Source: the human T2T-CHM13v2.0 reference genome, Homo sapiens | Strand: one strand, 5' to 3' | DNA length: 64,000 nt | Assembly: GCF_009914755.1 (NCBI RefSeq) | Contig: NC_060930.1 | Shown here: positions 15,116 through 30,089 of the stretch, in pieces | Layout of the letters: each line of letters starts with the position of its first letter | How positions within the stretch are numbered: the stretch's first letter is position 1 | The notes under the pieces: generated by a model | Seen by the model: the letters and a program-made list of their open reading frames with translations, nothing else | Told to the model about the DNA's origin: nothing | Databases searched by the model: none | Made by a program: the position numbers and the translations under genes

Positions 15116-16228
15116 GATATTTTTATTCCTATTTATCAAAGTAAAAAGTGGTTCGTTATGAAAATTTTAAAAATACAGGAACATATAAATAAAAGGAAAA
15201 GTCTCCTTCATTCCCTTTCCTCACTTAATCCCTAAGGGTAACTGGTGTTAATATTTTGGTATGCCTTACTGCAGACTGTAATGGCTTAGGTCTCTCTTGA
15301 TATAATTCACCGTTTTGTTTTCTTTTGCTTTCTTACCTAGATCACGTGTAAATGGCTAGATGATTTTACCAAATGTAGAGATATATCTGATAAAATGCTG
15401 GCTATGCCTTATATACAAAAGTTACAAAGGCTCCAGGGCACACCTCAAAAGATCAGTGCTTAATGTCCATAGCAGCTGAAACAGAGACACCTGGGGCAGC
15501 TGATGGGGACAGACATCCTGTAAGTATCACATAGAGAAACAAACACCACTTCAAATGTGAAACCATGAGAGTGTCCTGACCTGCAGATGTGGATGAGGTG
15601 GTTTTCACACACTCAACTTTATATATCTTCCAAGATGAGTACGCCAAGGGATTTAATGATGTTTAATAATTTTTCCAGTAGAGGGGCCAGCCAGTTTGTG
15701 TTTTTGTAGTTTTTTCCTTCCCTTCAAAGTGGCATTTATAAGGTACTCACGATATTCAGATATGACCCATTCCTTTTAATAACCACATAGACTTCCTAGG
15801 GCTGGCACTGTCCCTCACTTCTACAACAGCTGTTCTCCCTCCTTCCTTTCTTCCCAGTTGGCTGCCTGGGTTTATTCAGGGATTAAATGGAAATCCCTGG
15901 AAGGTAAGCCCCTCTCGTAGCACCTACAGATGAATTATGACTGGGACAAGAAAGTAATCTAATTCTAAAGTATTAACTCCAATCCTTTCAAATATATAAA
16001 ACATTAAAAACTGCTAGCCTATCAGTCTGAGCAGATCTCAGGAAAAAAACTGCTAACCTAGGCTTAGTAGAGGACAGTAGGAATAACTTATTATTATGCC
16101 AATGACTTAACGAAAATGGTCATGTAAAATGTTTAAAGGTGCTCAAATATTTTAATTATATGATTTATTTTTCTTCTTTAATCACTAATGTGCTATTACT
16201 GAGGAGGCTAGTTAAGAAAAGTAAATTT

Positions 16229-16572
<344 letters not shown>

Positions 16573-17361
16573 TTAGAAAGTTATCTATGAAGGACAGATG
16601 TATCAATAACAGTCACTTGTTTTTGAATGTGCTAAGCACTGAATTCTTGTATGGAAAGCTGGGGTACACACCATGTACAGAGGGAGTGGGCAGGTGCTCA
16701 TCCTGCAGAGCACGGCACTCTGACAAAGTCATGTTTTGCTGTGGATGATGACAGAGTAAAAAGGTGATCCTCAATGACTATAATGTTATAAAAGAGATTT
16801 CATTGTGTTACCAGCCCCTTTTACTTTTTTTGTAGGAGATGAATCAAGGCACTTTCATTCTAGTTATTAATAGGCAATTTCAATAAGGTGGTTTTTGTTT
16901 AATGAATAAAAAGTACAACTGTTAAAGAAAATGTGACTGTGCTGTCACAAATATTCTAAAGTATAATTCAATTAATTTTAAAAATAATCATATCCTATTT
17001 GGGTTCTTATTTCTATCCCAATTAGCACATATGTCAAAATGTCTATATTGATATAGCTATCATGCCAAAATTTGTACTATGCTCTATGTCACTGCTAAAA
17101 AGAATTTCTAAATATAGCCTATTTCAGCAACACTGAGATAAATGTTTGTTGTTTCTTTTAAGAGATGAAAGAAAATGCTGCTAAATGTATTTGCATATTT
17201 TAATTATTTTTTACATAGAAAAAAGACTGAATATGAAAACTAGGTAAAATTTTTATTTTCTTGCATAGTAGGAAAAACTTATGGGGTATGAGGAAATAGT
17301 TTCATTCCAGGAGTATCAGAATTTCACAGGACATCTCTAGGCTCAAAGCTTTGATTTCTCT

Positions 17362-17557
17362 AGGGCTGGCATTAGTAAACTACAATCTGTTTTTGTAAAT
17401 TGTTACTGGAATACAGTCATACCTATTCGTTTACATACTGTCTATAAGTATTTTCACACTACAATGGCATAGAGTTTCTGCCACAGAAACTGTCTGGCCC
17501 ACAAAGCCAAAAGTATTTACTATCTGGTCCTTTACAGAAAAGTCTGCTGACTTCTGC
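17362..17557 (+). mobile_element. MER58A DNA transposon
   Basis: tggcccacaaagccaaaagtatttactatctggtcctttacagaaaa. Confidence 0.75.
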
Positions 17558-18295
17558 CTTAGGACATCAAGAAAAATATTCAACAATGTTCAATTCTGTG
17601 TCATCTAATTTTAAAGGACAAGTTGAGTATGGGTTTGGTGTGAAAATAAATCTCACTTTTTCTTATGATATACAAAGAAAAATGTTTTTAAATGAGTGTT
17701 AAATGGAATATTATTTTGAAGATGAATTTCTGCATACCTGAGTGTACATAAGTAAAGAGTGATCACTTTGTCAATGCTTAGGAAAGGGATTTACTCTATT
17801 TTGCTTTTCATCTGTTGATAATTATAACATTACAATGTATAAAATATGTTCTAATTCCCATAAACCTTCATAACAATCCAGTACTTTTAAAAAAGGAAGT
17901 CACTAATGCTAGTTTTTCAAAAAATAAACTAGTTTAACAACAAAAAAATTTTACATTTATTTCCATTTTTATGATTCAACTAGTTAATAGTTTTTCAAAA
18001 ATATTACTATATCTTTCAAAGTAAACATAAAAATAATGAAATTTATGTCTGAGATATAAAATCTCAATTGGCTTTATAATAAATATATGCTTATTAATAC
18101 ATGTGGTAGATGTATGCATACACAAATGAATGACTGAAAGTTAGAAGCTTTTATTACCCATACACAAAATATATCTTATTGAATGCCAAACAGTATTTTT
18201 TATATAAGTTGAAGCTTTAAAGCAGTGATGTTGTTTATGCAAAATGAAAAGTGCAACATGCCCTTGTGTACAAATTGTAAGTGCCGCTCACTTAC

Positions 18296-18337
18296 ATTGC
18301 TGATAGATTTATGCAAAGCTTCACCCAGAGACTGCCG
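18296..18337 (-). CDS. FAM184A: Candidate 42-nt in-frame cassette exon in FAM184A intron 9: RQSLGEALHKSISN
   Basis: Long polypyrimidine tract ending tcttttcttcatag|, donor AAT|gtaagt, 14 codons with no stop, phase 0-0 matching the host intron. Confidence 0.65.
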
Positions 18338-18996
18338 CTATGAAGAAAAGATTACAGGAATAAAGGGAAACATTCAGAAATCAACTAAGTGAAAGAAAGA
18401 GGAATAAGAAGGGAGAGTAAAACACAGAACATTAATTATAATGTGCTCAAGAGAAAACAAGTTGAAAACAGTTCTAAGAAACAAACTAAACAAAAAGAAA
18501 TTAAAGACACACAGTCTAAATTATCTATAATCCCTTAAAACAATGTCTGATATATTTGTGGGCTTGCAGACTTACCTATACAAACTACTAAAGGCTAGGC
18601 CATATAAATCAGAGTTCAGTTTAAAAGATGATGGTTACTGAGGGACCAAGAGGGGATATTACTGTTCTAAATTCCTCCCAGAAAGCTACAAGATAACTAT
18701 TCAAAGCATTATGCCCACTTTGCTGTAGGTTCACGGAGAATTTCTCTTAAGAGAAATGAGTTGCGGTGAAAACCGCCAACACTAACTTGACTGACCATAT
18801 AATTTGGAAGCCAGAAATAAATATGACATAATCACTAGAAATTAAGGATTTAATAATAATCTGGTTTTATATTAGGGGGAAAGGAAGAAGAGACACCCTT
18901 ATATCTTTTTAATCCTATTTCCTAGGATATATTTGGCAAAATTATTTACAACATAGGCTCATTTTTCAGAAGTTCATTGAAATTTTATGTTGATAC

Positions 18997-19655
<659 letters not shown>

Positions 19656-19950
19656 TCAGAAAGAATGCAATTTTCTTTTGTTTCCATTTTTTGCATATTG
19701 CAATTATTTCTTCAAGTGACACAATCTAAAGATAGTTTTTATTGGAAAATAATTTTTACTAATAACTTAGACTAAGATATCCAATGATATAACTTATTAA
19801 AGTTGCAAATATGAGATAAAAAGATTAATTTTCTATGTTGACTTCATAACTTCTCAATCTCAACTTTCTCATGCTTTTATGTACATCACTAGTTAATTTT
19901 ACTTTTTACTTTATTCTTTCTCATACTCAATATTCTTTATACAATAATGA

Positions 19951-20342
<392 letters not shown>

Positions 20343-20799
20343 AACATCTTTTTATTTCTTAGAACTGATGTCCTAGTACTAGAAGTTAAACTAAAATTTA
20401 TACCATTTACTTATGAAGTAGATTTTATTTTCACTCTTTAAGGTGTCATCAGACAAAATATGTATGTTATTTAAGATTCCTGAATTATTTGATAAATTAG
20501 AATATGCCAAATCAGAGTGACATGCCAAATCATCCCTTCCCTAGGTGTAGATTTGGGGCTTTATATGACAGAAATATATTTGAAATCTAAACTCATATGG
20601 TCACTACCTCTGTCCACACCCAGTTGCAGGCCATGAAAATATTGAATCCAATCGGTACAGTGCCCAAGCTGTGACCTCAAGTGAGCTTACATCACAGACC
20701 TGGCATGGCAATTGGTAAAGGCATAGTAGTGCTGCTGGGTGGCAATACCACTGTTTGTTAATACATAACTGAAGTAACCTTTTTCATTTAAAAATACTA

Positions 20800-21128
<329 letters not shown>

Positions 21129-21366
21129 ATTAGAGTACTATTATGTTCCAGAAAACATCCTAAGTGCAGGGTGAGATACAGAGTTGAGTAAGATGTATCA
21201 ACTTATTCAACTATGTATCTCACCCTGTATAAATTTTATACATTTATTTAAAACAAATGTATAAAAATTAAAAAATAAGGAAAAAAGTATTATGATTTTT
21301 AAAAAGGCTGGTGTGATAGGGAATGACTGGAGGAGATATTGAGTTGATGGTAAGAAAAGATATTTT

Positions 21367-21679
<313 letters not shown>

Positions 21680-21906
21680 AGAAAAGATATTTTAGAAGTG
21701 TAACATTTAAACTGAGGTAAATGCAAATAGGAGATAACTTTGGGGAAAGAGTACCTGGCAAGTGGATCAGCTAGCACAAAGCCCCTGAAGGTGAAAGCAA
21801 GCTGGGAGCAAGTGGGTGTGGGAGCGGAGAAAGGGTTAGTGAGGGACAGTTAGCTGAAATGAGACAGGAGATACACAAAGGGGCCAGCTGGCTTAAGGTT
21901 TAGTAG

Positions 21907-22278
<372 letters not shown>

Positions 22279-22552
22279 TCCCTGAGAGGATTTTAAGCAA
22301 GGGAGTGGCAGGATCTGATTTACATCATGAAAGATCACTTTGAGTGCTGTAAGAAAAGTGAAATTGATGAGGACAGACAGGAGACAGACCTTGGTAACAG
22401 TGGCTTGGACTAGTGTTTACTAGGGAAGATGAAAGCAAATAGAGCTAGAATATGTTTTGGAGGTGGAATAAACAGGATTAAAGGATTACATGGGAAGTAA
22501 AGGAAAGACATATGGATGGTATTTAAACCACAGACTGGTTGAGATCCCCAAG

Positions 22553-23234
22553 CGCTGTGGACTAAAAGTGTTCCCTTAGCCTCAGATTCATGTGTTGAAA
22601 GCCTAACCTCCAGTGTGAGGATAATAGCAAGTGCAGCCTTTGGTAGGTGATTAGTTGATGAGGGCAGTACCCTTGTGAATGGATTTAATGTCCTTATAAA
22701 GAAATCCCAGAGAGCTCCCTTGGTGCTTTTACCACGTGAGGACATAGTAAGAAGATAGCTGTCTATGCACCAAGAAGCAGGCTCTCATCAGACACCAAAT
22801 CTGCTGGCACCCTGATCTTGGACTTCCCAGAATCCAGAACTGTGAGAAATGAATTTCTGTTGTGGGCAGGCACAGTGGCTCATGTAATCCCAGCATTTTG
22901 GAAGGCCGAGGCGGGAGGACTGCTTGAGCTCACAAGTTCAAGACCAGCCTGGGCAATAAAGTAAGACCCTGTTGCTACAAAAAAACAAAAACAAAATTAG
23001 CTGGCATAGTGGCATGTACCTGTAGTGCCAGCTACTCAGAAGGCTGAAGTTAGAGAATCACTTGAGCCCAGGGGGTCAAGACCACACTGAGCCATGACTG
23101 TACTACTGCACTCCAGCCTGAGAGACACAGCAAGACCCTATCTCAAAAAATCATAAAGTAAATTTTAATTAATGAATTTTGTTTTAAAGCCATCCAATCT
23201 ATGGTATTCTGTTATTGCAGTCCAAGTGAAGACA
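22553..23234 (+). mobile_element. MLT1A-type MaLR solo LTR interrupted by an AluJ (22864-23150)
   Basis: gatcttggacttcccag...aactgtgagaaatgaatttctgttg and ctatggtattctgttattgcag. Confidence 0.8.
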
Positions 23235-24619
23235 CCATGTCTGCTTAAATAAATACTGGATAAACTAAACATTTGTATGTAAAAATACTTATTTGGGAAG
23301 CATTCTATATGAGTAAGATCCATGTTAACAAAAAGATGGCCTATATAATAGTCAATTTGTTTTAAAGCATCTTAAATTTCTTGTTAATTTTTGAGATTCA
23401 TGAAAAGAGCCTTAAGAGAGCCTTTTCAACTGAGAAGACTTGGAGACTTCAGCATAGTGAGTTTACTGAATGTATTTCAGGAATTCTATTATTGAAGGAT
23501 AGATATAATGAGACGTTGAGATAAGTGAGGAAGAAAATTTACAATAACTAAAAAAAGTTGCTGCAGTTAATTAGAAATTTAGCACTTGGTACATAAAAAA
23601 CAATGTTCTTAGTTATCTAATTGTTCTAAACCTCAGTTTAATCATTTAGAAAATAGGACAAGGTTTTACATGCTTGTAATTTGCAAACATGTTATTATAC
23701 AAATACTGAAATCCATTGAATTGTAAGCTTTTAGAGGACAGAAGCCTGTCTTATTCACATTCTGCATCCAAACTGGTGCCTGGCACAGGGTAAATGATTA
23801 ACAAATGTTTATTCAAAAACTTAATGAATGATATGAACTCTTAACATTGATTAGTTTTTGCTACTCTCTAAATTAATTCTCTCCTAATAATAGCAGAAAG
23901 AGAAAATTCTAGATTGCTAAAAAGAAAACATATTATTTGTCCGGAAAATATAAATCTGAACACAGAAAGGCTTCTAAGAGGAAAGCAATGTTCATTGAGT
24001 GACACCTAGCTTGTCCTACCTTAATCTATTCTCCACACTGCAGCCAGTTTTGAAATCACAGTATTTGAATATTTCACCCTCCTGCTGATCAAAGCCCTTC
24101 AACAGTTCACTGCTCTTTGGATAAAGTCCCAAATCCCTAACAAGGCAAAGAAGGCCTGGCGTGATCTGATCCTTCTTACCTCCCCAGCTTCCTAGCTCTC
24201 ACTCTCCAGAATAAAGGTGTCATCAGGGCTTCCTCAGGGGCTGTGCACACACTGCCCGCTCTGCTCAGAATGCTGTTCTTCTGGCCAGGTCTCAGGTAAA
24301 GAATTCCACATTTAGAGACGCCTTCCCCAAGTTACACATGAATGTTTACCACAGTTGCAATTTAACACCCAATTTGCAGTTCAGATTGTAAGCTCCAGGA
24401 AGGCAAAGATCACTCTGAGCCAGTTACTATTCTGGCACAAGGCCTAGCATATCAGAGGCACTTCATTTTGACTGAATAAATGGATAAATGCATGAAAGAA
24501 CATGCAAAAGTAATTTCTTACTACTGATTTCAATACCTCGAGTTAAAATAAATAAATAAATAAATAAATATGGAGGTGATGTGGGCCAAGATTAGAGCCA
24601 CTTAAAAAGCCAGAGGGTT

Positions 24620-25032
<413 letters not shown>

Positions 25033-25346
25033 TTATAATTTATCAGAATCACCATACTATTGTGTAATCAGAGCAACATTGCCATAGGGCTTAATAAAAA
25101 GCACTACTAATGCTTTACACGTACAAGATATTACACATGCATATATCCATGAATTTCCATAATTGTTATTGCTCGACTTTCAATTCTACTTTGAATAAGA
25201 AATCTGAAGCAATAGAAAGGAATTCTCATTACTGACAAAACCTGTGTCATTTAAAAAATTTCTAACTTCCTTGAAACAATATTGATACTAGTCTTACATT
25301 GTAATTCAAGTAAAATACATTAAAGTTTTAAAAAATTCCAATTTCA

Positions 25347-25645
<299 letters not shown>

Positions 25646-26916
25646 TGTCCAATTTCAACATTTAAAATACAACACTATAACTTCTCAAAGCAAATTATGT
25701 AAACTCTTTTTCTAATGTTAATTTCAAGTATACTAATATCTAGAGGAAAGCAACAAATTAAGATACAGAAGTGGGATTCAAAGCTCTGAAAATTTCCCAA
25801 AACAAAAAGTCACAAACTGTTGTTCGATATTTAACTAAAATTCAATGACATGAATTTCATTCATACAAATAAAATGAAGGTAGAAACAAGCTAATGTGTT
25901 AGGTTATGCTTAATACTTTTTCTCAGAGACTCGGTCTAACATAACTTCATAATCATATGATCACTGAACCCTTTCAGATTGAAAATATTTTAATTATTTT
26001 TAGTATCTCATCACATGAAAGAGAAACAGATTAAGTTGATTTGTTACTATAATGCTGTCTAAATGTTCTTAAGCATTTTTTAAGTGTGTCCTGGGCTGCA
26101 GCACCTCTGAAGTCACCGACTGTTCTGCATTTCATCACAGGTGTTACTACAGTACTTCATAGAACAGATTTTGCTCAGTATTCATTAAAGACTGCCCAGT
26201 ATTCTTAACGCACACTCTCTTTTAAAGCTAGGTACAGATTTCATAGTTCCATCTCTTCATTCTCTTCTCCTAAAGGTGACAATTTAAGAACTGGATGGAC
26301 TTAAATTCTAATAAGGGAGTTTTGGGTAGGGAAAAGAAAATTAAATATTAATTCATAATAAAATTATTTAGATCAATTCAGAAAACAATTTAGCATCATT
26401 TATCTTAGAAGAAAAAATCTTAAGAGGAAGAATACTAACCACATAAGTGTGATAAAAGAGGATATAATGTAGCCAAAGTAATAATGTCATTCAGTTTTTT
26501 GATTGAAGAGAAATTAAAAACTTTCATATTTAAAGGAAAATATCACCAATTAACTTTGAATTCAGGACTTGGCGTAGGAAAAATAAGGATGATGGACTTG
26601 GATTGGTTTTGGTAGACTTTAATTCCATTCCACATTTTCTAAGAAAGTGAAATTAGGTCATGCCAGCTATTCTCACTTTCCTTTCTAGCTGGCTTTTCTC
26701 TTTTCTTCATACACTATTTCTCTTTAGTCTTTTTGTTTCTCTCTCCTATGACTTTCCCTTATCTTACTCCAGCCATCTCTTTCCCCCAGGGCTCTGAATG
26801 TACATTCAACATAGGTTCTTGCTTTCCTGACGGCTAGAGAGAGGACTCAGAGCCTTCAGGGTCAGCTTCACTATCTGCTGTCACTGCTTAGGGAACCTGT
26901 CAAGGAATCTGACTGA

Positions 26917-27235
<319 letters not shown>

Positions 27236-27329
27236 GGAAGAGATCATTATTCTAGGTATCTTGCTATTCCCTCTACCTCAGAATCTACTTCCATCTATTC
27301 TTCCATTGAAAGTTGAAAGGTAGTGGTAT

Positions 27330-27552
27330 GGCTGGGCGTGGTGGCTCACACCTGTAATCCCAGCACTTTGGGAGGCAGAGGTGGACAGATCACTTGAAGT
27401 TGGGAGTTCAAGAACAGCCTGGCCAACGTGGCAAAACCCATCTCTACTAAAAATACAAAAATAAGCCAGAGGTTGCAGTGAGCCAAGATCACCTCAAAGC
27501 ACTCCAGCCTGGGTGACTAAGTGAAACTCCATCTCAAAAAAAAAAAAAAAAA
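27330..27552 (+). mobile_element. AluS missing about 80 nt of the right arm
   Basis: Linker aaaatacaaaaataagcc joins directly to agaggttgcagtgag. Confidence 0.9.
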
Positions 27553-27617
27553 TTAAAAGAGACAGAATACATTTCTTGCTAACATAATGAAAATTCAAAG
27601 CTAAGAAAAAGAATAGC

Positions 27618-27930
27618 AGCCGGGCGCAGTGGCTCACACTTGTAATCCCAGGACTTTGGGAGGCCGAAGCAGGTGGATCACCTGAGGTCAGGAGTTCAAG
27701 ACCAGCCTGGCCAACATGGTGAAACCTCGTCTCTACTAAAAATACGAAAATTAACCAGGCAGTGACATGCACTTGTAGTCCCAGCTACTTGGGAGGCTGA
27801 GGCTGGAGAATCACTTCAACCCAGGAGGTGGAGGTTGCAGTGATACAGTGGGCTGAGATTGCACAACTGCACTTCAGCCTGGGTGACACAGCAAGACTCC
27901 ATCTCAGGGGAAAAAAAAAACAAAAACAAC
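27618..27930 (+). mobile_element. AluS
   Basis: Full dimer. Confidence 0.93.
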
Positions 27931-28559
27931 AGCAGAATGAGTACTGAGCTCTAATGCCAAATTTAGTCAATATTTTCATGATCTAGATAGTCTGCATCAG
28001 TGCTCTTTAACTGAAACATGAATGTGAGCCACATGTACAATTTAAAGTTTTTCAGTAACCATATTTAAAAGAGCAAAAAGAAAGGATACTTACTATCATA
28101 TTGGATAGCATTGGTCTAAAAATCAGAAAGCAGTTTACAACAAACCTTACTGAAACTGGCTTTTCAACTGCTCTTGATAAAGAGCATTTATTTTAATGCT
28201 GTTTCTTAGTCTAGTCATTGCCCTTTCCTACTGAGTATGAAAAATTCTAAAATACTCTATGATTGTAAAATCAATACATCTAAGAGAAAACTTACCATCT
28301 CATCTCCCCAGTCACCCACACCCCACCCCAAATAAATAGCTCATCTTGACTTCCTTGTCTCAGATGATGATTTCCTTTCTGTCTGGCTCAAACCCAAGTC
28401 AACTTTAATATTTTCTTCTCTTCTACCAAAGCAGATGATTGATCCTTTTACAGTTTCTCTTGCACTTGCAGTGAGATAAACTTAATCCAGGTCCTAATTG
28501 GGCAGAATTATTTGTATTTCATGTATCTGAAAACGTCTTTGGTCTCTGTGCCTCATTCT

Positions 28560-29480
28560 GTTCACTCTATTCAACAACTGCCAAGTGCTTACTATGTGCC
28601 AGGAACAGTTTTAGGTGCTGGGGATACCCTAGTGAATACCACAAAGGTCCAGGTCTCGTGGAACTTACATGTGAATAGGTGAGAGAATCAATATATACTG
28701 TGTAGAAGTAAATGTTCTGAAGGAATACAAAGGAGAACAAAGCATAGGAGGCTAGTGAATGATGATGGTGCTATTTTAGAGAAAGTAAGTAAAGAAAGCT
28801 CTTTTTGTGGAGTTAAGATTTGAGTAGATAACTGATTAAGTGAAGGGAAAAGCTGTGCAGATCTCTAGAAAGTGGGTTCCATGTGGAGGGACTGGTAGGT
28901 GCAAAGTCCCCAAGATGGGTTCAGCTTGTTGTGTGTGTTCCAAGAACTGCAAGGATCCAGCATGGCTGTAAAAAAGAAAGGGAGAGAGTGACAGGAGATG
29001 ATGTTGGCAATGCAGCCAGAGACCAGATCATGAGCGTACTAGAGGCTATGGCATGAGTGTGGACTGTATTCTAATTGTGGTAGGTAGTCACCAGGCATCT
29101 TGAAACAGGATAGTAATATAATCCAACTTAATATTTTAAGAGCATCACTTTGGCTGGTTAGAAAATAATCTGTAGGTGGTAAAGAGTAGAAACAAGGTAA
29201 CAGTTGCAGTACAGGAAAGAACTACAAGTGTCCTGGAATCAGATGGTGGTAGAGGTAGTAGGGAGAAGCAGGATCTATTTTGAAGGTAGAGCAGTGGGGA
29301 CTGCTGATGAACTAGTTGTCTGGTGTACAAGACAGGAGTCCAAGATGGCTGAGCAGTAAACAGTGAACGGACGCTAGTTCTAGAAAGAGCAGTTTGGCTG
29401 AGGTTGAGGGGAGCTGGCGGTACATGGTATCCATTCAAGAGTTCAGTTCCAAACACTTTAATTTAGATATTTAAATTGAA
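28560..29480 (-). mobile_element. L2 LINE 3' fragment
   Basis: ttcaacaa...gtgcttactatgtgccagg is the reverse L2 3' end, followed by purine-rich L2 body. Confidence 0.7.
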
Positions 29481-29887
29481 ATGTCTCTATTTCATTCTTA
29501 CTTCAATATAAAAGTCATATTAAGCTTCCTAAAATAAAATTTTCAACATGTTATTCTCTTTTCCACAAACCTTTGACAGAATCTCATAGTTTACCAAGTA
29601 ATCTTTAAACTCCTAAGCTTGGAAGTCAAGGTTTTCCACAATAACCTCTACCCAAACTGCCCCCAACACTGTTTTTCTTATTACTGTATTCCTCGTAATG
29701 CCTGGGAAATATACACATATGTTTAATAAAATGTTTACTAAGTGAATAAAAACCTTTATATTTTTGTCACTCCTCTGTGTTCATCCTTTGCCCTATTCAT
29801 GAGTCCCACTAAAGCTGGCCTCCTCAATGAAACCTTCCCCAAGCACACTGGCTATATTATACTGTTTCTTGACTTTATACTCCTGAC

Positions 29888-30089
29888 CAGTTGTATGCTG
29901 GTAAATGTTTAACAGCTCTCTGAAAAGCAATGACCCGATTTGTAGCATTTGCTGATATCTGTGATATAAATGCAACTACCACAGGAGACTGCAAGTCATC
30001 AACATGATGTCCCCCAATGTGGTGCTGGTAAGAGAGGTGCACAATTAGCTATGATGAGCTGGTAGGAGCCAGCACCAACACATCATTAC
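29888..30089 (-). mobile_element. MER63A-type hAT DNA transposon
   Basis: cagttgtatgctggtaaatgtttaac...gatttgtagcatttgctgat...gagctggtaggagccagc. Confidence 0.7.
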
